Source: Octopus sinensis
Lineage: Eukaryota
Direction: 5' to 3'
DNA length: 64,000 bases
NCBI RefSeq assembly: GCF_006345805.1
Contig: NC_043002.1
Coordinates: 36,084,001 to 36,148,000, forward strand
Of the stretch, positions 52,911-64,000 are shown in pieces; the first letter of the stretch is position 1; every line of letters starts with the position of its first letter. Position numbers and translations under genes: made by a program. The notes under the pieces were generated by a model. The model saw only the letters and a list, made by a program, of their open reading frames with translations. It was not told the origin of the DNA and did no database searches.

Positions 52911-55900
52911 TTGACAGTACGACAGCGTAACGAACGATCAAATGGGCTTGCAGCCCGATCCGGGCTAAAATTGCAACGAAAAAACATGCCCCCATGATCC
53001 CGGACCACGGGGGGAGAATAAAGGATCAAATAGGGACGGAAAAAAACGAAATGGACTTGGACCGGAAATGGACAATGAGAAAGGAAACGGTATAGGAAAG
53101 GTAAATGAGGAGTTCAGCTGCTGCAGAAAGGTGTTTGCTAGTTACATCGGGCTGAGAATCCACCAAGGGAAGGTGTGCCAGAAGAAAGTAATTCAACAAC
53201 GTGGGTTGATAAACCATAAGACGTGTGGCCAGAACCCCCCGGAAAACAACCATAGTGAGGTTCATTCCACAGTTGAATTGGAAGTCAAAAAGACTGATAG
53301 ACGTGAAAAGGACAAAGGTTAAGTGACTGAAAGCAAATGACACGGCGAGTTATAAAAAATTTGACGATGAGGTTGCGAGAATGACCACCAAATTCAAAGG
53401 CGACAACGAACAAAATCTCGAAAACCTGGCTAATACAATCTATCAGGAAGGAGAGAAAAGATTTGGACTGGAAACAACAGGGAAGGTAGAATCAACGGCA
53501 AAGAGCGGACCATCGAGGAGAGAAAGACGGATCGCAAAGATTCGAGAAGAAAAAAAAAAACTCAGAACCAGATGAAGGGATGCAAAGGAGGAGGAAAGAG
53601 AAGGGCTAAAGCAGCTATATGAAGAGATAAAAGAGAGGCATTGAGATCTGCTAAGAAAACAAAGAAGGAGGAGCAGAAGAAAGGAGAGAGAAAAAAAACT
53701 ATCGTAGCTTTGTGAACAATCCCTATCAATATGCGAAACATCTATTCACTGAAAGTAAAAGTGGAAAATTGGATTGCACGAAAGAAGAGTTCGAACAACA
53801 TCTGAAAGAGACATACAGCGACTCTGACAGAAATGAAGTACTCCCAGAAATGCACGAACTGAAGAAGCCACTTGGACCAAGAGTACCATTTGATTTGAGC
53901 GACATCAAACGGAAAGAAATGGATGAGTTCATAAGGAAAGCAAGAGCAAAAAGTGCACCAGGGAACGATGGAGTAAGCTACAAGGTATACAAATACTGCC
54001 CGAAATTACGATTGCAGCTGTTTGTACTGATAAGAGAAATGTGGAAGAAGAAAGATGTAGCGGAGCGATGGTGTATAGCCGAAGGTATCTATCTACCTAA
54101 AGAAAAAGAGGCAAAGACACTAGGCCAATTTAGACCGATTTCTCTACTAAATACAGATGGGAAAACCATGTTCAGAATAATTGCTAGACGAATCATAAGA
54201 TTCGTACAGCATAACAGATACGTTAATGAAGCGATTCAAAAAGCAGGGATCCCCGGAATCCCTGGGTGCATAGAACACGCATTTTCCATCTGGGAAGCCA
54301 TCACCTGTGCAAAACAAATGAAGAAAAACCTATATATTGTTTGGCTAGATCTTGCCAATGCTTATGGATCTGTTCCACACGTAATAATAAAAACAGCGAT
54401 GAACTTCTTTTGGATTCCAAAAGATGTTCAACGAATGCTCATGTCGTACTACGACAACCTGAGGATGAGATTTACAGCAGGAAGGTTCACAACGGAGTGG
54501 CAACGGCTTGAAATAGGTATTGCAGCCGGATGCACGATATCAGTCATCTTATTCGTGCTAGTCATGGAAATGCTACTCAGATCTACAAACTGTGAGAAAG
54601 CTGTTACAAAGACACCATTAAGGGCTTTTTTATGGACGACGTAACTATATTATCGGAAAGTAGAGAAGCAGCAGAGGGAACATTAGAGCGGTTGGACGAA
54701 CTGATAGGATGGGCAAGGATGAAATTCAAAGCCAAAAAATCTCGAAGCGTGGCTTTCGTGAAAGGAAGGCAAGAAGAAGTGAAATTCAGGATAGGAAGTG
54801 AAGACATACCAATGGTGAAAGAACAACCAGTAAAGAGTCTCGGCAGATGGTATAGAGATTTATTAAATGATAAGAAGCAAGGGAAAGAAACACACGAGTT
54901 AGTGGAACAAGGATTAAAGGCAATTGGCAGAACAACGTTGCCGGGAAAATTCAAATGTTGGATACTGCAATTTGGGCTGTACCCAAGAATAATGTGGCCA
55001 TTGCAAATGTACGAAATAACCTCGAGTAGAGTAGAAAGGATGGAGCAAAGATGCAGTGTGTTTATCAGAAAGTGGCTTGGTCTGCCGAAACCACTGAATA
55101 CAACTGCACTATATGGAAAACCCATGCTGCAACTACCAATAACATCAATCGCCGAAGAATATAAGGCAGGAAAGGCAAGGACAGTAATGATGCTAAGGTA
55201 TTCAAAAGATCAGAGCATCCGGGAAAACCCTCCAAAGGTATGAACAGGGAGGAAATGGAAGGCGGAAGAGGCAGTAAACAGGGTGATCGGAAAACTAAAG
55301 CACGCAGATATAGTCGAACGACGCAAGAAGCTAGAACTGGCCTAGGGTCGCAAAATTTCAGACCATTTTGCAAGAGCAGTGTAAAAGAGATGAAAGAGGC
55401 AATGGTATACGAAGTGAGAAAGAGAAGAGAAGAAGAAAGGCGAAATGTACATTTGGTGCAATGCAGTCAACAGGGACAGTGCTTGAGATGGGAGGAATAT
55501 GTGATCAACCGCAGAATCATGGAAGGAACTTTGGGCTGGGAACAAGCAAGAACATCCTCCTGATCAAGTCTACCTTCGACGTTCTACTCTCACCGGCGAA
55601 CTTAGTCGGTGGTGGAACATAAACAAAACAATGAGTGTAGATGCGGAGAGAAAGCGACGGTTAGACATGTTCTCTCAAGTTGCAGACTAGCACTTGAAAG
55701 ATATACATGGCGGCATGATCAATTCCTCGGTGTCATAAGCGCAGCACTCAAGGAGAAGATCGAGAGGTACAATAGGGGAGAGTACCCAAAAGTAGAAAAG
55801 TGCCGGAAAGTATACTTCCACAAGGAGGGAAAAGGTTATAAAACCAGGCCTACAAGTAAAGTATACGAGATAGACGAAAGATGGAAGGGATACTGGGAGG

Positions 55901-56753
55901 TGACCACGGACTTGGAAAGACAAGTAGTATTTCCACTCATAAAAACAACAAAAAGACCGGATTTAGTTCTATGGAACAGAGACCAGAGAATGGGAATTTT
56001 ACTAGAACTGACAGTACATTGGGAAGAGAACATCGGCAACGCAGAGGAACGAAAGAAGAAGAGGTATGAAAAGCTAATCGAAGAATGCAGAGAACAGGAA
56101 TGGAATGTCGAATATTATCACCTGGCAGTGGGGGCTAGAGGCTTCATTGAAAAGAAAATGACAACGCTTTTCAAAAGAAGATTTGTTTTTTCTAGCCCCG
56201 AGCTGCGTAAACTAATAAGGAGAGTACAGGAGGCGGTCGAAAAAGCCAGCTTCTATATATGGCTGAAGCGGGAAGACCGAAAATGGCTTGAAAGTCATAA
56301 ACACGCCGATGGGAAATAACATCATTAGGTGAGACAAGCTGACTGAATCAGCTTCGCTGACTGCTGACAGGTGACGGTCATTTAGAAAAAGCGCGGGCTG
56401 AAACTACGCGCCTTCACTAGTCAGTTAAGGCGAGACAGTGTCATGTGACAACTTGCTGGGGCTGCCTGCTGGAGCCTAGTGGCAGGTATTTAAAGGGAGA
56501 AATTTGACAAAGCAGTCAGTCACCAGCTGACACTCGCTGACGATACATCGAAGAGGCCAGGGAACAGAAGAAAAAAGAAGAAAGAAGACATGCACCCAAC
56601 ACCAGAGCTGAAGACACCTCCGAAAGGGGGGGCCCCACCACGTCAAAACGGTAGAGGAGTAGGGGCCGAAACCGGACGTGGTTCCTCCTGATGATGTCTT
56701 GAGCTAACTGGATCCTATAAAGGAGCTATTGTGGTAGCAGACCACGAAACACG
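52911..56753 (+). mobile_element. Near full-length HERO-like non-LTR retrotransposon (N-terminal Zn finger, RT, CCHC, restriction-like endonuclease), pseudogenised
   Basis: CCRKVF..GLRIHQGKVC; SAPGNDG, FRPISLLN, QKAGIPG.PGCIEH, WLDLANAYGSVPH, GIAAGCTIS, AF/MDD; CRCGEK...HVLSSC, RYTWRHD, RPDLVLW...LELTVHWE...K..RY; several stops and frameshifts; ~430-nt 3' UTR after the stop at 56319; termini approximate. Confidence 0.88.
56606..56705 (+). ncRNA. Non-circularly permuted (pseudoknotted) hammerhead ribozyme; predicted cleavage after GUA (56653)
   Basis: CUGAUGA 56688-56694, GAAA 56668-56671, UH 56652-56653; stem I 56654-58/56683-87, stem II 56631-36/56662-67, stem III 56649-52/56671-74, extra 8-bp helix 56637-44/56675-82, closing helix 56606-16/56695-705. 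Confidence 0.8.
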
Positions 56754-58556
56754 GTTGTAATTCCTCCTGTGAAGAATTGTTGCTGTAATTAGAGATTTAT
56801 GGTAGTAAACGCATCACTACACACGTATATATATGAACAGAGACATTAAAAAGTCATTTTATTTCTAATAGTCAGAGAGGATTATTATTCACGAAAAAAG
56901 AAAAAAGAAAATTTTTGAAATTTCCCAAAATATACATTCAGAAAGTATTTTTCTGGTGAGAACTTTCACGGAATAATTTTTCTTACTATTTGAACAAAGT
57001 TTATACTGAAATTATTTCATGTTTAACTAAAAAAAAAACATAACTTTGAAGAAATTGAAAAATAAAAATTGCTTGAACCGAAATCTCTTTCGAGTTTGAT
57101 TTAAAAATACATAAATTTTAAGAAATTGTTACTCTTACTATGATATTCTACCTTAGAATTAATTATTGCGAATATCGGTGCCCAAAATTAATGAATCACT
57201 ATCGAAAAAGAAAACTGAAGCAATCATTGCTGAATTTCCGATCTGATTCATCTAATAATGCTAAGCAGAAGAGAATTGCAAACGAAGTTTCGCAGCTCAA
57301 GGGAGGTCTTGCAAAGTCTTTGACACCCTCATTGGATGATCTAGGACATGTTGACTGCCAACCAGTGCAGCCAGTTCTAGCAAAGTTTGATCCAAAAATT
57401 TATGGAAATCAGAGACGTGACTTCTGGTATACTGGTCGTTCATGGTTAGAGTATTCTCTTTCAAGGAAAGCCTTGTTTTGTTTTGCTTGTCGGCACTTTA
57501 ATACTTCTGCTCAAGCTGATACTTGTTTTATTAAAAATGGATATCCTAATTGGCATCATGCAAAAGAAAAAACAAAGGTTTAAATAAGCACGCAAACTCT
57601 GCATCCCATATCCAAGCTATGGTAACATGGAAGGAATGCCAACAGCGTTTATCCACAACATTTGTGTCTTCAATCTTGCAAAATGATCAGCTGAGCAAAA
57701 ATCGTTATTAAATCAGTTCCATTGTTGATATTGTTCATTTTCTTTGTGCAAACGAATTGCCTTTTCGAGGAAACGAAAATGAAGCTTTTCAGGATCTTTA
57801 TTCGGAAGATGATACATAGCCTTCTGGTCTTTTTATGAACTTATTCTAGTACATATTAGAGAAAGACTCAAAGCTAATGGAATGCTAAAGCACAATTCCA
57901 AAAGATGTGACCTACACCTCAGCAGCAATGCAAAACAAAATCATTGAATTGTTGAGAAGACACAGTCAGCTTTGTGATTGATGTTTATTTGATATTATAT
58001 AAAAAATAATGCTTAACGATTTGGCTGTTATCTCTAGCATGTAGAAAGACCTTTTAGGCTTAACTATGTGCTTGTTGAAAATCATTTTTAAAAATATTGG
58101 AGTCGATACATTCAAATAAAAATTCTTCAAGGTGATGCCCAGCATGGCCTCAGTTTAATGATTGCAACAAGTAAAGTGAAAATAAAAACGAAATATATCA
58201 GAAGTTTTGACCAGGTTAGGCATCAAGAAAAGCGAAAAAAAAAAAAAAGTAACTGAAAAATATAAGCATAGGGCTTTTGTCCACTTTCACTTTAAGTAGG
58301 AGCTTTTGTCCGTACTCCTTTTCAGCACCCCCAGTTGCAATCGGCTGGCTATGTGTGCGTAGCTTACTGTTCTGTTAAGGTAAGATCAACAAAAATACTC
58401 TATCCAGTGAGAGATAAATATCATTTGATGTACATAGTATAAAAATATGAGTTACAAATAATTTCTTGCTTTAGAGCTGCGGATTTAGGCAGTTTTTTTA
58501 TAACATGCCTTGTGTTTGCAAGTGTAGTGGATACTTAGTGAAATACTCTCTCTCTC

Positions 58557-61372
58557 TGTTATATATAACATAAATATCAACGTAGCAGATAACAGCTAGC
58601 CTTCGGCCTTTTGGACCCTGTTGTGTTCACTACGCTGATTGGTTGGTATTGGTGCAGTTTGTTTCTTGCTGTATTATGCGCCAATGTGCAACCCAACCAA
58701 TCACAGCCTTCTGATAGTCTCGTGACACAGTCTTCTAAATTCTCTGTTAGAGCCTCCTAGTCACTATAAAAGCTAGTCACAACAAATCGTATTTTGTCTT
58801 TGGTTCGAGACCTTCTAAGGTCCAACCACTGACCACAGAGCACTCAGCCAGTTCCAGTGACAGACTCCACCAGCAGTATTCCGGACCTCCACCTCCATCA
58901 TCTTCATCTTAACGATGCCAACAACATCTCTATGTACACAGCAACCTACGCCCAGGTTTAACTTCACACTGTTTGTGAAATACTTCACCATGGTTAACAG
59001 TAAGTTCAACTTGCAAGAACCTTCTGTACCAAGTAACCCGGCAGCGGCATTGTAGCCACAACCTCTTACACCACACGTACAGTGAGGTAAGTTCATTTAC
59101 GCCAGATAGCATTTCAAACTTGGTTAATGAATTCAGTTATAACTCAGAGGAGAATATAACTTGTGTATTGTACTGCAGAAGGTACGAGGATATTTTTAAG
59201 CAAGATTGCAAATCATGGTCGAATGAACAAAAGGTGAGATATTATGAAAATTAGCTCAGTTAGAACACAAACATTACTGTAATTTCATATTGCCCAAAAT
59301 CCCAATGAAATCTGTTTTAAAGAAGCAAAAGAATTACTGTCTAACATATTCAGTGATAAAACTTCTCTATTTAACACACAAATGGAGTGTTGGAATATAA
59401 GGAAAAATGAGAATGATGATTTTATCACATATGTAGGAACAGTCAACCAGATGTGTGAAAGTTTTAAACTCAAAGAACTTACACCTGAGATGTGTAAGAG
59501 TTATTTTTGTACAAGGCCTTACAGCAAGTGAACATGCAGAAATTTTGACAAGAATTCTTTCTAAATTGGAACAAGCGAACCAAGATCCAACCTTACAGTC
59601 TGTGGTAGAAGAATGCCAAAGGATGGTAAACCTGAAACACAATATAGAAAAAATTCAAGAAAAGGATTCCTCAAAAAACAGATATGCTGACCAGAAAAGT
59701 ACAATTAAAAAAGAGTGCCACATCTTAATCCATGTTATGGCTGTGGGGGCATGCATTTCAGAAAAGACTGTCCATTTAAAAATCCAAAATGTTGCAGTTG
59801 CAAAATAATTCACACTGCAGAACAAAATTACAAAGGTCAAACATTAAAAATCCTGCTACATTTTGAGGGAAAACATGCAAGACGAAAGTCTTTCTCATTA
59901 AAAAGAAAGACCTATATGTTTGGTTAGAATTATTTGATTTATGAAACCTCTCCATAAATCTCTGTTGTAAAAACATAAATGGTTGTCCCTCTAAAACTAA
60001 TTAATATGAAGAGTTAAAGGGAAAATTTTTTAAAATATTCCTGCAAATACTCTCAGATAAACTAGATCTATGCACAAAGACTGACAGCCCATGGTCCAAG
60101 ATACATATCAACTATGCTGGACTAGTGAACAGTGCATATTATCTAATCATTGCAGATAACTATACAAAGTGGCCAGAGGTATGCAGATGTAATAAACCCA
60201 CAGCAAAGACAACAATAAAGTTCCTACTCAAGTTATTTGCTTGATATTTGTTCCAGACACGATAGTTTCAGATAATTGAATGCGATTCATGGGACATGAA
60301 TTAAGAAATTTCTGCAAAATACATGCCATAAAGTACATTTTATTCCACTCTACCACCTGAGATCAAATGGGCTGGCAGAAAGATTTGTCGACATGTTCAA
60401 AAGAGCTCTAAGAAAAGCTAGGAATGAGCTAAATAATGATGAAGCACTATCGAAATTTTTGAGGGTATATAGAATAATGCCAAATCCAAATACTAATTCA
60501 GTAAAGTCACCAGCAGAGTTAATGTTCGCACATAAAATAAAATCAATCTTCGATAAATTATTGTCAGGAAAAATGACATAAAATACATTTGAAGGAAATA
60601 CAAGAAATATTACAAAACATTTTGAAGTTCATTTTAGAAATTACAAAAATGTTAAAGAAGGCTAGGAGGATGGCTGTGTAATCAAAAGATTAGGTAGCAT
60701 GATTTATTTAATTAAAGGACAATGTTTGGAACATAAAAGACACCTTAACCAGTTAAAGAAGAGACATACAGAAGAAGGAAAGGTAATACCAATGGAAGTC
60801 TTCTATGATATGCTTGAAGTGCCAGCATTGAGAGATATTGAACTCCATAGAACTAGCTTCAGAAAAGCAAAAGCAGACTGACTATCTGGAAGTATTATCT
60901 AAACAAAAAAGATATCAAATTTAAATTTTAAAAAGCCCAAAAAAACAAGGGTGCTTAGTACAATGAAAAGTAAAAGTGCTGTGTGCAACAAACAATACTA
61001 CCTTAAAAGTTGGGCAACAATTAAAATACAACAGCTAAAAAAAAAAAGAGGGAGATGCTGGAAAGGAAAGAAAAAAGAAATTCCACTTTCTCACAGTAGT
61101 TGAAATCTCAAAAGAGGAGATGTGATAAAAGTTATGATGACCCCTTGCAAGAGATAGACTGGTTTGAGTAAAGTATAAATAGTAATGATCCAAGTGAGTT
61201 CAGAGTTCGGAGTTAAGTGAAGTTCATGTTAGTTCACAATGAAGTTGGAAGGTGTCAGTTGGTTAGTTCACAAGGAATATTGATTATTGGTTCATAAAGA
61301 GATTTGTTAGTCTGTTACATTGTTTTACTGTTGTCTGGTTATCTTATTGTACATATCAAATTACATTACAAC
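58557..61372 (+). mobile_element. Degraded, internally deleted Gypsy-type LTR retrotransposon (gag + integrase remnants)
   Basis: Zinc knuckle CYGCGGMHFRKDC (~59730); integrase PWSKIHINYAG...YLIIADNYTKWPEV and SNGLAERFVDMFKRAL; purine tract before TG at ~61110-61120; RT/RNase H not seen. Confidence 0.7.
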
Positions 61373-63751
61373 ACCACATAATTTTCAAGACTGCTTGCAA
61401 TTTTTCTAGTGTCCTCAATCATATTTGTGTGAATTCCAGTGAATGGGTCCATCCATGAAACTTCTTTAATGAATGATCCTATTATCTTGTAGTTTTTGCA
61501 TTAGTCATCGGATTGGTGCCATGCTGGAGCATCATCTTGAAGGGTTTTGTTGGACAAATCACCCTTAGTACATACTGTTGTAAGTGTGGCACTTATTCTA
61601 TCAGTTTCTTTTGCTGAACAACTAAGTTATGGAGATTAAGACCTCCTTTGGTCATGAATGAATATGGGATTACATCTAGAAATTTCCCTTCCAAGGCACA
61701 AGTCTGGGCAAGGTTGTTCATAGAGGACCAGCAGTCGCCCATGCATACCAGTCTCCCCTCTCCAAGCCATCAATGTTATCCAAGGGAAAGGCAAAGGCTG
61801 ATACAGCTTGGTATCAGTGACATTGCAACTCATTTCTACAGCTGAGTGAAGTGGAGCAACATTGCTCAAGAAAACAACACACACAGCCCAGTCTGGGAAT
61901 CAAACTCACTACCTCGTGATTGTGAGCCCAATGTTCTAACCACTGAGCCATAAATCAAGCAAAACAATGATCATCAAGTAGTAGAGGGAGCACATGCAAA
62001 TACAAACACACACACACACAACAAGCTTCCATTCAGTTTCCTATTTCCTTATTGCCCACAAGGGGCTAAACATAGAGGGGACAAACAAGGACAGATAAAG
62101 GGATTAAGTCAATTACATCAACCCAAGTGCGTAACTAGTACTTAATTTATCGACCCTGAAAGGATAAAAAGCAAAGTTGGCCTCGGCGGAATTTGAACTC
62201 AGAACGTAGCGGCAGACGAAATACCGCTAAGCATTTTGCCCAGCGTGCTAACGATTCTGCCAGCTCGCTTCCATTCAGTTTCTGTCTACCAAAGTCACTC
62301 ACAAGGTATCAGTTGGCTCAAGGCTATAGTAGAAAATACTTGCCCAAGATGCCACAGGGTGGGACTCAACCTGCTGGCAAAGTGAGCCTCAAGACAGCCA
62401 AGTTTGCACTTAAATATAATACATTACTAGAACCATAGATATTCCATTTTACTTAGGTCTGCGATAGGAAGGGCATTCAGTAATCTGAATAATGCTTCCT
62501 GGTGCTATATAAATTAACTGGCACTCAGTGATTAATGATGATGAGGGTTCCAGTTGATCTGATCAACAGAACAGCCTGCTCATGAAATTAATGTGCAAGT
62601 GGCTGAGCACTCCACAGACATGCATACCCTTAACATAGTTCCTTGGAAGATACAGCATGATACAAAATGTAACAAGGCTGGCTCTTTGAAATACAGTACA
62701 ACTCGTTTTTGACAGCTGAGTGGACTGGAGCAACATGAAATAAATAGTCTTGCTCAAGGACACAATGTGCCACCAAGAATTGAACTTATAACCTTACAAT
62801 TGTGAGCTGAATACCCTAACCACTAAGCCATGCGCATTCACTGGTGCTATATGCTTTCTTATAAGAAGGCAACAAGTGTCTGTAGACATGTCCTCAACAA
62901 AACATACATGTTAAATGAATTAATGTGTCAACAATATGAAATACTCATCTATGAGTTTTGTTTTGTAATTTCAATTGTTTTCATTACTTCTCATTACCTA
63001 TCCATGATTTGGATGATTTGCTATACAACTGTCCCTTATCCATGTCTAGTCTAGTCTAGTGGTGGTCTGCCCTTGGGCAGGTCCTGTGCATGTGAGCCTT
63101 CTCTAGTACTTTTTATATGATCTGGGAGGATTACAGGAATTTCAGCTACCATGACTAGATTTGGGATGGATACTGGAGTGGCTTCTCTTTGCCTTCTCCA
63201 GGCAGCTGGGATTTGAACTCAGAACTTAGGAAGCCAGAAGATATACCAAAAGGCATTTTCTGCTAATGCACCACTCTTCTACTTGCAGAGCAATGTGAAA
63301 TGAAGTGTTTTTCTCAAGAACAAAACATGCTGCCAGTCTGGGAATTGAACCCATGATCTAGCAATTGTGAGTGCAACACCCTAACCACCAGGCTACACAC
63401 ATTTACCTTATTCAGGTATAATGGAAGAAATTTAGTAGAAAATAAAGACAGTAAAATTTGGTGAAATAGCATTATACTCATGTGTAAAAAAAAAAGCGAA
63501 AATAACTGTTAACTCAAGAAAATGAAGATACTGAAGGTGATAAACCCATGACATCTAATGCCTAATGTTTATTCTTCATTATTTACAGATATCAAACAAT
63601 ATATGCATAGAAAATGCATCCTACAGAGAGTATAACTGCAATTTAGTGAGACTTTTTTCCTATGTTTTGTAACTTCAAACTATTTGGTTGGTTGGCAGAA
63701 GAACCAAAATCTGAGTGATGCCCAAATGCAAAAATAATTTTTAAATATTAA

Positions 63752-63972
63752 CCCTTTCATTACTGTATTTATTTTGAGATGCTCTGTGTTTCTTTCAATT
63801 ATTTTAAATATAACAAAGAATTTAGAAAAATGACTTAGTTATCATTTAGCTAGTGTTAGGAACATGAATTGTGACTAAGGTTTGGTGGAAGATTTTAATT
63901 TAAAACTTATGGAAACAAAATATTTGTACTACAGAGTCAGAGCTGGTTTCAGCCGGGTTGGTAACGAAAGGG
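63752..63972. mobile_element. piggyBac-type MITE (second family)
   Basis: TTAA|CCCTTTCATTAC ... GTAACGAAAGGG|TTAA. Confidence 0.8.
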
Positions 63973-64000
63973 TTAACAAACAAAATCTCCATCACATCAC

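Larger units (their letters stand above)
52546..58357 (+). mobile_element. hAT DNA transposon (ZMYM1/TTF zinc-finger-type transposase remnant at ~57190-57960) hosting the HERO-like LINE
   Basis: Ends GGCACGTAGCTA / TGGCTATGTG; subterminal tcagcacccccagtt at both ends; WY..RSWLEYS....LFCFACRHF, GYPNW, KHANSASH, NELPFRG motifs with stops. Confidence 0.75.

Noticed and set aside
56608-56687. Canonical type I hammerhead using CUGAAGA (56608-14) with GAAA (56668-71)
   Set aside because: Stem II would close with a C-C mismatch and stem I pairs poorly; the permuted fold using CUGAUGA 56688-94 pairs every helix.
58600-58615. cttcggccttttgg resembling the U2 5' end
   Set aside because: Match is only ~12 nt with no flanking U2 similarity.

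Overview
AT-rich, microsatellite- and transposon-dense eukaryotic DNA, most likely a cephalopod (Octopus-like; inferred only from the repeat landscape). It begins with the last three coding exons of a + strand gene encoding a Q/S-rich protein (polyQ with a 1-nt frameshift, polyN tail). Candidate exons of a convergent - strand gene, including a 20-nt microexon, lie at about 20.8-27.4 kb and possibly 51.9 kb. The rest is mostly transposon debris: RTE, CR1, R4-like, Penelope-like and Gypsy fragments, tRNA-SINEs, hAT, mariner, Tigger, piggyBac-type MITEs, a foldback element and a Helitron. Two tandem arrays have grown inside MITEs (a 30-bp minisatellite, and a ~340-bp RTE-3'-end array with higher-order structure). 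The standout is a near full-length HERO-like (RT + restriction-like endonuclease) LINE nested in a hAT transposon. Its 3' UTR holds an intact hammerhead ribozyme core in a non-circularly permuted, pseudoknotted order (GUA site -> GAAA -> CUGAUGA; 56606-56705) with all helices pairable. A U2 snRNA 5'-fragment/RTE chimera is also present. All calls were made by eye; TE boundaries without a TIR/TSD are approximate.
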